Shown here: positions 14,957 to 23,662 of the stretch, one piece after another
Numbering within the stretch: position 1 is the first letter of the stretch
Layout of the letters: each line of letters begins with the position of its first letter
Origin: Oscillibacter sp.
Lineage (GTDB): Bacteria; Bacillota; Clostridia; Oscillospirales; Oscillospiraceae
DNA length: 64,000 nucleotides
NCBI GenBank assembly: GCA_034933545.1
Contig: JAYFNH010000013.1
Coordinates: 2,125 to 66,124, forward strand
Direction: 5' to 3'
Made by a program: the position numbers and the translations under genes
The notes under the pieces: generated by a model
Database searches by the model: none
Seen by the model: only the letters and a program-made list of their open reading frames with translations
Told to the model about the DNA's origin: nothing

Positions 14957-16783
14957 ATGAAAATTCCAAAAACAGTTTTACGGCTACTGGCATGCCTGTG
15001 CATAATTGCTTACCTGCTTCCCTCTATGTGCATTGCTGCAAAAGCCGCAGAATCAGGTGCATCGATTACCGCCACGCTGGTAGATCACTCTGAGCAAAAG
15101 GGCAGCAAAAAGACTTTTGACGTGATAGCCCGCGATTCTGCCGGCAAAAAAATCGCTTGCACGGTCACGCTCAATGAGACAGAAATTCCTTATAACTGGG
15201 ACGATGCCAACAAAACCAGTTATACATTGCTGTTTACCCAGGAAGGGGACAACGTCATTGTTGTTACAGCGGGTGACGCCAGCAAAACCTATCATATTAT
15301 CTATCAGAAAGCCAAGTCCGGCGACCCAATCGGCTACGCCACCTGGTCAATCGAAGCCACCACCATTGGGTATGGCTTTATCATTGAACCAATGCGTGTA
15401 CCCATTTACGAAGGCGAAAACGCCGCGCAGATGCTGGATCGTATCCTGACGGAAAACGGTTTCTCTTACTCCTACACCGGGAACCTGACCGGGGGCTTTT
15501 ATATCTCTGCTCTGGGGCCTGGCGGCGTTTTTACCCACGGCAGCAGTGCACCTTTTGGCGGCGGTGCGGCATTTAATCCTCTTGAGAAGTTGACCGAATC
15601 AAGCGTTCCCGCCGTTCTGATGAACGTTTTGACCAAAGAGGGAACGTCGCTGGATACCGGCTGGGGCAACAGCCGCAAAGGCCCGAATTTGGGCGAATTC
15701 GACTATACTTATATGTCCGGATGGATGTACGAAGTCAACAACATTTTCCCCAATGTTGGCTTTGCCGACTCCTATCTGTCAGATGGTGATGTACTGCGCA
15801 CTTGCTTTACCCTTTATGGATACGGCGCCGATTTGGGGGGCGGCTATTCTATGGGTGGCGGTGATACCACCGATTTTTACAAGGTGGCCGATAAAGACAC
15901 ACTGTACCGTGGCATTGGCCTCATCAATTCTGATAAACAGAAAGCGGATCTGCTCAAAGACAGTGCCCTAAAAAGCGCCTATGACCAGGCAAACAAACTG
16001 GCTGTCCAACTGGATGCGCCGCAGGACGCTGTTACTACTGCGGCTGATGCGCTGGACGCTGCTTCAGCGGCGGCTATTGCCGCCCGCGACAAGGCTGCCG
16101 TGGACGCGGTGGACACCAAGATCGCGGCCATCGGCACCGTGACGCTAAGCAGCGAAAGCGCCATCACTGACGCCAGAACCGTTTACAACGGGCTGAGCGC
16201 GGAACTTCAGGCGAAGGTGGCCCACTACGATACGCTGACTGTGGCTGAAAAGGCACTGCACGATTTAAAGACCGTACCTGTTACAGCAAAAGACCTCACG
16301 ACCGATGTGGTAATTATTCTCGATCCTACGGCTATTCCCACGGATACGTCGGTCGCTATTCAGCAGGTTGCATCCGAACACCATTTGCGCAGTTTTACTG
16401 ACAACGCACTGGCTTCCTTTAACGGACGCTACGTAGCCTATGAGATTCAACTGACCAGAGACGGAATGACAGTAGAGCCCAATGGTTCGCTGACGGTTCG
16501 GTTCCCTGTTCCTGCCGGTTTTGATACCTCCGCCATTGAAGTCGTCAAAGTCCTGGAGGATGGCTCCTTGAAGAGATATGACTGTATCGTAAAAGACGGG
16601 TATGCATCCTTTGAGGCAGACAGTTTTAGTATATATGCTCTGGTGCAGGCGGAATCGGCCGCACAGTCAATACAGAAAACAGCTCCAGATACCGGAGATG
16701 CGTTTACAGCATATACGGGTATTGTAATGGCGCTCAGTTTCTTAGGGATCATTGATCAGATACGCAGAAAACGCTACCAGTAA
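14957..16783 (+). CDS. Cell-wall-anchored DUF4430 protein
   Basis: Signal peptide; LGEFDYTYMSGWMYEVNNIFPNVGFADSYLSDGDVLR DUF4430 motif; helical stalk; APDTGD, TM and RRKR sorting signal. Confidence 0.85.
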   Translation: MKIPKTVLRLLACLCIIAYLLPSMCIAAKAAESGASITATLVDHSEQKGSKKTFDVIARDSAGKKIACTVTLNETEIPYNWDDANKTSYTLLFTQEGDNVIVVTAGDASKTYHIIYQKAKSGDPIGYATWSIEATTIGYGFIIEPMRVPIYEGENAAQMLDRILTENGFSYSYTGNLTGGFYISALGPGGVFTHGSSAPFGGGAAFNPLEKLTESSVPAVLMNVLTKEGTSLDTGWGNSRKGPNLGEFDYTYMSGWMYEVNNIFPNVGFADSYLSDGDVLRTCFTLYGYGADLGGGYSMGGGDTTDFYKVADKDTLYRGIGLINSDKQKADLLKDSALKSAYDQANKLAVQLDAPQDAVTTAADALDAASAAAIAARDKAAVDAVDTKIAAIGTVTLSSESAITDARTVYNGLSAELQAKVAHYDTLTVAEKALHDLKTVPVTAKDLTTDVVIILDPTAIPTDTSVAIQQVASEHHLRSFTDNALASFNGRYVAYEIQLTRDGMTVEPNGSLTVRFPVPAGFDTSAIEVVKVLEDGSLKRYDCIVKDGYASFEADSFSIYALVQAESAAQSIQKTAPDTGDAFTAYTGIVMALSFLGIIDQIRRKRYQ

Positions 16784-16838
16784 AATATTTTGACTAATTT
16801 TCCTCGCTATTTACGTAATTGTTTTTAAAATATCGCAG

Positions 16839-16880
16839 AATACCGTTCCCAACGACAGGCAAGCCGCTGGGAACGGTATT
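16839..16880. terminator. Hairpin between convergent B12 operons
   Basis: AATACCGTTCCCA / TGGGAACGGTATT inverted repeat. Confidence 0.6.
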
Positions 16881-16881
16881 T

Positions 16882-19506
16882 TTATTCCACGAGACCGTAT
16901 TTGACTTTTATTCGGTCCAGTTTCTCAAGCATCGGCTCCGCGCCAAACCAGAGAAACAGCCATGTCGCCCCCGCGCGGACGCAGTCCACAGGGAAACCGG
17001 AGACATAGTAGGCCAGAAGCATTTTTACATCCAGCGTGCGTGCCCAAATCAGGGCGGACACAGGATTCATAATACCGCCGTAGATAACAATGGAGCAGAA
17101 TGCGCCGAACACACAGAGCGCCGACCTGCTGCGCCGCAGCAGGCCCTTGCGAAACAGCACGCCTGCAAGAAATCCGATGATGCCCATGGCAAACATCTGA
17201 AAAGGTGTCCACTGTCCTTGCCCAAACAGTACATTGGAGAGAAGCATCGTCATGCTGCCCACAAGAAAGCCTGTCTCGCCGCCGAAGGCCACGCCGGAAA
17301 TGATTGTGATCGCAACCACCGGCTTAAATTCCGGCAGTGCGAAAAACGCCGCACGGCCCGCCACACCCAGCGCACAGAGCACCGCAATGACGATTAGTTC
17401 CCGCGCCTGAGGCTTCCGCCCCTCGAACACGAGAAAAAATGGGAGCATCGTTTCCAGGAGGATGAGCAACGCAATAAAATAATATTTTTTTCCGCCCAGG
17501 ACGGCCACGCCGAAATAGAGCGTCAGGGGAATCAGCAGTAAAATCAGCCCTCCGGCCACAATGGTGCGCCGGGACAGTTTTCGCTTTTCCAGCGACGTCT
17601 GACGGAGATAGTCCGGCCGGTTGGAGCGTCGCGTGACGCAGGTCGCAAAAACGAACAGGGCTGCGAGAAACAATGCATAGAGCCGGAGTTGGACCGTGCC
17701 CATGGTCGTGGTTCCGGCGGAACCGATCAGCTTGGTGAGATCGGTTACGCCCATGGCCTTCCAGAATAAATAGAGCGAAAGGCCACCGGAGAGTGCAGCT
17801 CCGGCGATTCGCCACCAAGGCAGCGGTTTTGGTTTCCAGTCCGCGGAGGTCTCTGCGGGTTGCGGCAGCGGTGAGAAATCGTCCTCCAGTGTTGGCACGG
17901 GCGGGATATTGCCGCCGCAGGCGGCAATCAGGTCGGTGGCTGTGACGGCGTTGGGCAGAAAGCCCCGGGCCATACGGCTTCCTGCGGTTGTGTAAAAGCT
18001 ATTGCCGGAAAAAAACAACCGGGGCGTGTTTTCCGTCACAATGGCGCCATCGAAAAACAGGGCGCAGCGATCTGCGTATTCCGCACAGAACTCCACATCG
18101 TGGCTGACCATGAACACGGTCACGCCGTGGAGCCGGAGCACCCGCAAAATCTCCGCCAGAACTTGCTTGAATTCCGCGTCAAGCCCTTTGGTCGGCTCGT
18201 CCAGAAGCAAAATTTCCGGTTCAAGCAGAAGTACCTTGCACAGGGCGGCCCGCTGCTGTTCGCCGCCGGAGAGGTCGTAAGGATGCCGGTCAAGCAGCGT
18301 CTCGAGGCGGCAGAGCCGCACGGCACGCGCCACCTTTGCCTCACGGTCAGAGCCCTTCGGCAATATTTCAAACAGATCCTCCCGGACGGTCTTTTTTACA
18401 AAAATCGTCTGCGGATTTTGCGGCAGAAAGCCCACTTTGCCGTTTACGGTCACCTTGCCCCGATAGGGCTTGCGGAGTCCCGCCAAAATAGAGAGTGTCG
18501 TGGTCTTTCCGGTGCCGTTTCCGCCAAGCAGCGCAAAGAACGAGCCCTTGGGAACACGGAGGTTGAGATCCTTGACCACATCAGGTGAATCCTCCGTATA
18601 TTTGAACCATACATTTTCCAGCATCGCCGCCGATGGTGCCTCTGTCACGGTGGGAGCTTGAGGAACCGGTTGAAAGTCCTGGAATCCGGCAAGCCAGCGG
18701 CGGCCGTCCCTCACTGTGACGGGGCAGGAAGCGTTGCTGTCCGTGGCGGCCCAGACGCGCATGGCTGTTGGCATGGCGAGAAACATCGCGTGTCCGATTT
18801 TTCGAAGCTGTTCGCCCACTGCCTGCGGTGTTCCGTCGGCAATTCGCATGCCGCTGTCCATCACCAGCACACGATCGGATAGCGGAAGAACCTCCTCAAG
18901 GCGGTGCTCTGTGATCAGGACCGTTGTGCCCAGTTCTCGGTTGATTTTCCCCAGCGTGGCAAGAAAATCAGAGGCCGCAATGGGGTCGAGCTGGCTGGTG
19001 GGCTCATCGAGTACCAGTACGCTGGGCTGCATTGTCATGACAGCCGCCAGATTGAGAAGCTGTTTCTGGCCGCCGGAAAGCTCAGTCACATTTTTGTAAA
19101 ACCAGGTTTGAATGCCAAAAAAATTTGCCATCTCCGCTACGCGCCCGCGAATTGTCTTTGTGTCGCAGCCGAGGCTTTCCAAGCCGAAGGCCAGTTCGTG
19201 CCAGACCTTGTCCGTCACAATCTGGTTTTCCGGCGACTGCTGCACGAACCCAATGCCCGTGCTTTGCGTCCGCAGATCCAGATCGTCCAGGGATTTTCCT
19301 TCAAAGAAAATTTTTCCAGTCCGCCTGCCGTGCGGGGCCAGCACGGATTTAAGCTGCCGCAGCAGCGTGGATTTTCCGCATCCGGATGGGCCGCAGATCG
19401 TCACAAACTCGCCGGGCTGCACCGAAAAAGACAGATTTTGAATAGCCGGTTTTGGCTGTCCCGGATAGAAAAAGGTCAAATCTTCCAGTTCAAAGCAGGC
19501 GGGCAT
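16882..19506 (-). CDS. ECF transporter fusion: two ATPase domains plus a CbrT-like S component
   Basis: GPSGCGKST/LSGGQ/VLDEP and GGNGTGKTT/LSGGE/LLDEP; C-terminal multi-TM domain with ARE...IAVL.AL..AGR...P.FKP...I.IISG S-component pattern. Confidence 0.9.
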   Translation of the reverse strand: MPACFELEDLTFFYPGQPKPAIQNLSFSVQPGEFVTICGPSGCGKSTLLRQLKSVLAPHGRRTGKIFFEGKSLDDLDLRTQSTGIGFVQQSPENQIVTDKVWHELAFGLESLGCDTKTIRGRVAEMANFFGIQTWFYKNVTELSGGQKQLLNLAAVMTMQPSVLVLDEPTSQLDPIAASDFLATLGKINRELGTTVLITEHRLEEVLPLSDRVLVMDSGMRIADGTPQAVGEQLRKIGHAMFLAMPTAMRVWAATDSNASCPVTVRDGRRWLAGFQDFQPVPQAPTVTEAPSAAMLENVWFKYTEDSPDVVKDLNLRVPKGSFFALLGGNGTGKTTTLSILAGLRKPYRGKVTVNGKVGFLPQNPQTIFVKKTVREDLFEILPKGSDREAKVARAVRLCRLETLLDRHPYDLSGGEQQRAALCKVLLLEPEILLLDEPTKGLDAEFKQVLAEILRVLRLHGVTVFMVSHDVEFCAEYADRCALFFDGAIVTENTPRLFFSGNSFYTTAGSRMARGFLPNAVTATDLIAACGGNIPPVPTLEDDFSPLPQPAETSADWKPKPLPWWRIAGAALSGGLSLYLFWKAMGVTDLTKLIGSAGTTTMGTVQLRLYALFLAALFVFATCVTRRSNRPDYLRQTSLEKRKLSRRTIVAGGLILLLIPLTLYFGVAVLGGKKYYFIALLILLETMLPFFLVFEGRKPQARELIVIAVLCALGVAGRAAFFALPEFKPVVAITIISGVAFGGETGFLVGSMTMLLSNVLFGQGQWTPFQMFAMGIIGFLAGVLFRKGLLRRSRSALCVFGAFCSIVIYGGIMNPVSALIWARTLDVKMLLAYYVSGFPVDCVRAGATWLFLWFGAEPMLEKLDRIKVKYGLVE

Positions 19507-19553
19507 AGGTTCCCCTTCCTGCTGCTGCGCCGCTGCGGACGCTCGTGTCGCTG

Positions 19554-20540
19554 TTATTCTTCATAGAAATTGCCTTTCTGAAGCGTTCCTCTCTGCAGGC
19601 GCACAGAAGATGCCCGCTCCGCTCTGTTTTTGCAGGAAAGTTCATGAGTCAGATAAGCCGGCTGAATCCGCCGAAGCACTGAGACGATTCTTGGATCTGT
19701 CCAGGGCTGATGCCGGTCGATCTGTAGAATATGATTGTAACTCTGCTCGAACCGTGCAAGATAGCCATCGGATTTCCACACTGGAATCATTCCCGTGTGG
19801 CCTTTGACATAGGCACCTGACAACGACTGATGGAGATGTACACCGCGAATCATCCCACACAGGCTGCCATAGCGGTCCAGCATCGTATGCAGGTATTGAA
19901 TGCCATCCGCCTCCGACCGAAGCGCAGGATTGGTATTCATCAAGTGACCCGTGTCTAGCATGATGCCCTTCTTTTCCGTCCGGATGCCGCGCAAAAGATA
20001 GTCCGTCTCAGAAGGATCCAAAAATGTGAAACCGGGCCACCACTGATTTTCCACCAAAATCTCAAAGCAGTAGCTGCGGTCCTCCAACAGCAGATTCAAA
20101 AGTTCCAGGGAGGCGTCCAGAACGGCGCGGTTTCCGTGCAGCCACCGGTAGGTATACGCTTCCTCCAACGAAACATCCGACACATGAAACACCACATAGC
20201 GCACTTGCAGTAGTTCGGCTCGGCGCAGATCCTCACGGTATCGGGCGACAAATTGCGCTCTGTTCTCCGCACCGTAAAAGGATGTCCATGCCGCGCGGCT
20301 GCCAAATTTTTGAAGGAGTGCCCCTTCGCTGCCATTCCAGAAATCGACCCAGTCGGGATAGAACATCAGGTGATAGCCGACCACCAGCCCGACGAGCAGC
20401 TGAGAGAGCGCATCGTCTCCGCCCCAGACCGCCTCGATTCCGTCGCAATCCTGGGCACGACAGGCAGCGGAAAGCGCTTCGGCGCTGCCGTACTCCGCCA
20501 CACTTTCCCGGTAGACCGGGAAGCTGATCGTTTCAAGCAT
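19554..20540 (-). CDS. AP-endonuclease-2 / xylose-isomerase-like TIM-barrel protein (CbiR-like candidate)
   Basis: Metal-ligand motifs GYHL, YVVFHV, VENQWW, LDTGHL, VHLHQS; embedded in a cobalamin-riboswitch ECF operon. Confidence 0.75.
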   Translation of the reverse strand: MLETISFPVYRESVAEYGSAEALSAACRAQDCDGIEAVWGGDDALSQLLVGLVVGYHLMFYPDWVDFWNGSEGALLQKFGSRAAWTSFYGAENRAQFVARYREDLRRAELLQVRYVVFHVSDVSLEEAYTYRWLHGNRAVLDASLELLNLLLEDRSYCFEILVENQWWPGFTFLDPSETDYLLRGIRTEKKGIMLDTGHLMNTNPALRSEADGIQYLHTMLDRYGSLCGMIRGVHLHQSLSGAYVKGHTGMIPVWKSDGYLARFEQSYNHILQIDRHQPWTDPRIVSVLRRIQPAYLTHELSCKNRAERASSVRLQRGTLQKGNFYEE

Positions 20541-21438
20541 TGCTCTGTCCTCCTGCCTGCGTAGCCTTCCAACTGCGCTGCGCCGCGCCGTCCATCAGAA
20601 CCGGCATAAGGCAGAGCAGGAGATAGACTGCGAAAAAGCTGGCGGAAAACGGTGTGAAACGCCCATAATCGACATAGGGATAATACTGAAAATACGCGCC
20701 GCCCGCCGCCCAGCCGGCAAACAAATAGGTACTGCAGAACCCAAGGCAGCAGAGGGCCAGCTTGTCCCGACGATCAAAATGATAGATAGAAAAAGCGGTT
20801 CTGCCCGGAAGACCGTAACCGCGGCTGCGCATGCTGTCAGCCGTCTCAATTGCGTTTTCCAGGCTCCAGGTAATCATAATCGAAAAAATTTTGATACCGT
20901 TTTTTGCCAGTGCGCCCATACTCCGCCCCGTGGTTTCCCGCCCGACAGCGCGCTGTGCCTCGCGCACGACACGCATCTGCGCCTGAAACCGCGGCACAAA
21001 ACGCAGCGACATGCTGAGCACCAGACTAAGGGAGGGAATGACCCGACCGAAGAGAAAGACAAATTTGTCGGAGGTCATTACCCCGTTGTAGCAGGAAAAC
21101 CAGAGCACTACCGCGGAAAGCATGGCCGCGGCGGCCAGACCGTACCAGATGCTCTCCAGTGTCAGAGGGTTGCCGCTGGGCAGATACGTCAGGATGGTCA
21201 TGCCCGCGTGGGTGAGCAGAGGATTCAGGACTGCGGTCAGCGTCATCAGCGGCAGGAGAAAGCGCAGCGATTTCTTTTGCTTTGCCGCATAGACCGCGGC
21301 AGAACAGAGCGAGATCAGCAGGCAGACAGGGTGCATCAGGCACATGGAAAACATGATGACAAGCGCGAAAAACAAAAAATTCACCAACGGATGACAGCCG
21401 GCAAAGGTATCCTGCCGCGAGACGGTGTTTTTCACCAT
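20533..21438 (-). CDS. ECF transporter transmembrane T component
   Basis: HP.VNF start; SMSLRFVPRF and ENAIETADSMRSRGYG conserved Arg motifs. Confidence 0.92.
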   Translation of the reverse strand: MVKNTVSRQDTFAGCHPLVNFLFFALVIMFSMCLMHPVCLLISLCSAAVYAAKQKKSLRFLLPLMTLTAVLNPLLTHAGMTILTYLPSGNPLTLESIWYGLAAAAMLSAVVLWFSCYNGVMTSDKFVFLFGRVIPSLSLVLSMSLRFVPRFQAQMRVVREAQRAVGRETTGRSMGALAKNGIKIFSIMITWSLENAIETADSMRSRGYGLPGRTAFSIYHFDRRDKLALCCLGFCSTYLFAGWAAGGAYFQYYPYVDYGRFTPFSASFFAVYLLLCLMPVLMDGAAQRSWKATQAGGQSNA

Positions 21439-21439
21439 T

Positions 21440-22192
21440 TCACCTCACCGCGCTTCCGCCGCCGACATCGTTTCCCTGGTCACAGGTGTATACAAAGTCA
21501 ATTGTATTCCCACTTTTGACACAATAGCGAGAACAGCCGTAGTTGGGGAACCAACCATTTACTTTGTACATCCAGCCGGAGTTTTCACCGACATCAAAAT
21601 CATAGAGGTTATCAATGCCCTCGATATAGGCGCTGTTGTATATAGGCACCCATTTGGATTCCATTTGAATACCCTTCTGCTGGCAAACACGCTGCAAAAT
21701 GTCAAACACTGACTCGCCCTCCGTAAACGGCACCGCAGTGCTGTTTAGGATCCACCCATCTTCCGGTACGATTTTAGCTTTTGCCGGGTCACAAAGAGAC
21801 ATATTGTCTAAAATTGTTTTACAGGAAATGGAGATGGTGCAAGTCAGCCCCGTCTCCGCAGAAGCCGTTGGATTCACTGCTTCCGCGCCTGTTTCACCGC
21901 CGTTTTGTGGCTCTACCGGGGCTGGCTTACCTGCCGGCGTGGGGTCTGTTAAATAGGCATCCTTTGCAGTTTCCGGAACTTCATCTTCTGCTGACGTTTG
22001 GGCCTGGGGCGTTTTGGATGAATGCGGTTCCCCAACAGCTTCTGTCTCCGTGGTTGTTGTGTTCCGCGGCATGACCGACCAGCCTCGTGCCCCTGGCGCA
22101 CTGCCGCCGTACCAGAAAGAAAACGCCAGCATTGCCAGGACGAAAACCGAAACAATCACCGTCCATTTGTTTTTCTTAAACCATTTCTTCAT
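21440..22192 (-). CDS. Membrane-anchored DUF4430 protein (ECF-associated B12-binding candidate)
   Basis: ATG 22192 after GGAG; N-terminal TM; CTISISC.TIL; YIEGIDNLYDFD.GENSGWMYKVNGWFPNYGCS.Y. Confidence 0.88.
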   Translation of the reverse strand: MKKWFKKNKWTVIVSVFVLAMLAFSFWYGGSAPGARGWSVMPRNTTTTETEAVGEPHSSKTPQAQTSAEDEVPETAKDAYLTDPTPAGKPAPVEPQNGGETGAEAVNPTASAETGLTCTISISCKTILDNMSLCDPAKAKIVPEDGWILNSTAVPFTEGESVFDILQRVCQQKGIQMESKWVPIYNSAYIEGIDNLYDFDVGENSGWMYKVNGWFPNYGCSRYCVKSGNTIDFVYTCDQGNDVGGGSAVR

Positions 22193-22428
22193 GTTATCTC
22201 CCTGAGCCGAAACTTCATCGGAATATGCACTATTTTTCCCAAGCACAGCAGCTGCCGCTATCGCAGTGCCGCCACGGTTTGGACCATCAAATTGACCTTG
22301 TCAAGGGTTCGCTTGGCATTCATGCCTTCCATTATCCTTGCGTATATATGGCAAATATCGTCTGCGGATTCGCTGTCAAAAGCCGCAATGCGGCAGAGAA
22401 AAAGAGAATGCGGGCGGTGGCTTTTGAT

Positions 22429-22463
22429 AAAAAAATCGCTGATTTTCCAAAGAAAATCAGCGA
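22429..22463 (-). terminator. Riboswitch attenuator terminator
   Basis: TCGCTGATTTTC-TTTG-GAAAATCAGCGA-TTTTTTT on the minus strand. Confidence 0.8.
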
Positions 22464-22516
22464 ACGCATTTCAAAACACGCATGCGGAGAAAACGCCCGC
22501 TGTTTCCGGTCCATCT

Positions 22517-22745
22517 GTTGTGCAATTCTCCTGGCTTGCGTTCTGGGAAAATATTCCCGCGTATGCTTCCTACCTTCTCACAGATTTCTCTGCAATGGCG
22601 GACTTTCGTCCAGGCGGCATTTCACCGCTTTGGGGCATTCTCACGCTCACAGTGCCGGTCGCGCCGGGTTTCAAACCCGTTTCCTTTTGACTGCTGCCTA
22701 ACCCATTCGGGTTGTTACGGCAAACAGCCACACCACATGCTATCG
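22517..22745 (-). ncRNA. Cobalamin riboswitch (upstream of the ECF operon)
   Basis: AAAAGGAAACGGGTTTGAAACCCGGCGCGACCGGCACTGTGA, GCCATTG, GAGAAGG, AAGCCAGGAGAATTGC. Confidence 0.88.
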
Positions 22746-22777
22746 GACCAAATATTTAATTTTCAGAAAGAAAATTA

Positions 22778-22825
22778 TGATAAATCTTTATTTATCAGTA
22801 TAACTGCGGACTGGGACAATGTCAA
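22778..22825 (-). promoter_or_regulatory. Sigma-A promoter plus palindromic operator
   Basis: TTGACA (22820-22825), 17 bp, TATACT (22797-22802); TGATAAAT-CTTT-ATTTATCA at 22778-22797. Confidence 0.75.
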
Positions 22826-22886
22826 TCTTGATAAATCGCTGAATTCATAGGTGCAAGGTGTGAAATTTTCAGCAGCGATAGCAAAT

Positions 22887-22920
22887 AAAAAGCCGCCTGT
22901 GGAAAGACAGGCGGCTTTTT
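22887..22920 (-). terminator. Intrinsic terminator after the two small ORFs
   Basis: AAAAAGCCGCCTGT / ACAGGCGGCTTTTT. Confidence 0.8.
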
Positions 22921-22921
22921 A

Positions 22922-23056
22922 TTACACATCGTTACACGCGACAGAGTGCTTTTTCTTATTCCTGTTTTGATTTTGGTTTTCTCTGGTGAGGGGAGTCTTA
23001 CCGTCAGCTTTTTCCTCCCGCACACCTTTGGGGTCCGGCTGGCTGTCCTTTGGCAT
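22922..23056 (-). CDS. Small hydrophilic protein (44 aa), not in the ORF track
   Basis: AAGGAG RBS; MPKDSQPDPKGVREEKADGKTPLTRENQNQNRNKKKHSVACNDV*. Confidence 0.55.
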   Translation of the reverse strand: MPKDSQPDPKGVREEKADGKTPLTRENQNQNRNKKKHSVACNDV

Positions 23057-23068
23057 ATACGCGTCTCC

Positions 23069-23197
23069 TTATCGCTTGGTATTGGGCCCGAGGGCCTGCT
23101 TTTTGATGTTGTGGTGCTGGTTGGGATTTTCGTTTTTGAGCAGTTCCTGCCCGGAAATTTTCTTTGTTGCTTCTGAGCGGACTTCTTTTTCAGACAT
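23069..23197 (-). CDS. Small hydrophilic protein (42 aa), not in the ORF track
   Basis: AGGAGG RBS; MSEKEVRSEATKKISGQELLKNENPNQHHNIKKQALGPNTKR*. Confidence 0.65.
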   Translation of the reverse strand: MSEKEVRSEATKKISGQELLKNENPNQHHNIKKQALGPNTKR

Positions 23198-23547
23198 GAA
23201 AGTTCCTCCTACATTAAGTGATTACCCAATGTTGAATCCGCGGCTTGACGTAACTCTGGGGATGATACCCAGTTCGCGCTTGGCCTTTTGGCTGTTGTGT
23301 TTCCCCTCAACATTGGTCACGGTGCAATAAAAGCTTGCTTTTGACAAGCAGATTACCTCTGCCTTAGTATGCACCAATCAAATGATTTTATATCCGCCGC
23401 TGGAACATAAACGGAAAAGAGAAGACCTCGGAATACCATGAGGCGGCAAATGCAAAAAACTTTATAAATTGTTCACAAAAAAATAATATAAAGCGGCTGT
23501 ATGCGAAAACAAGAGAAAAAAATACAGAAATTTGCAGATCTTTCCTA

Positions 23548-23585
23548 TTGACAAACGTATAACAATTATGTTATTATTTTAACAA
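23548..23585 (+). promoter_or_regulatory. Sigma-A promoter overlapped by two Rex-like boxes
   Basis: TTGACA 23548 and TG-T-TATTAT; TTGACAA-ACGT-ATAACAA and ATGTTAT-TATT-TTAACAA versus clostridial TTGTTAA-N4-TTAACAA. Confidence 0.55.
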
Positions 23586-23662
23586 GCCGAGAGGGAGGCC
23601 GTTTTGGTACGGCCCTTTCGCAACTGAAAATTTTGTTAAAATATATAACAGGGGGTTTTCGT

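Noticed and set aside
22743-22750. TCGGACCA matches the last 8 nt of tRNA-Pro (2948-2955) and lies near the far edge of the B12 region, like an att duplicate
   Set aside because: An 8-mer is expected about once per 65 kb by chance, and a boundary here would separate the riboswitch from its promoter.
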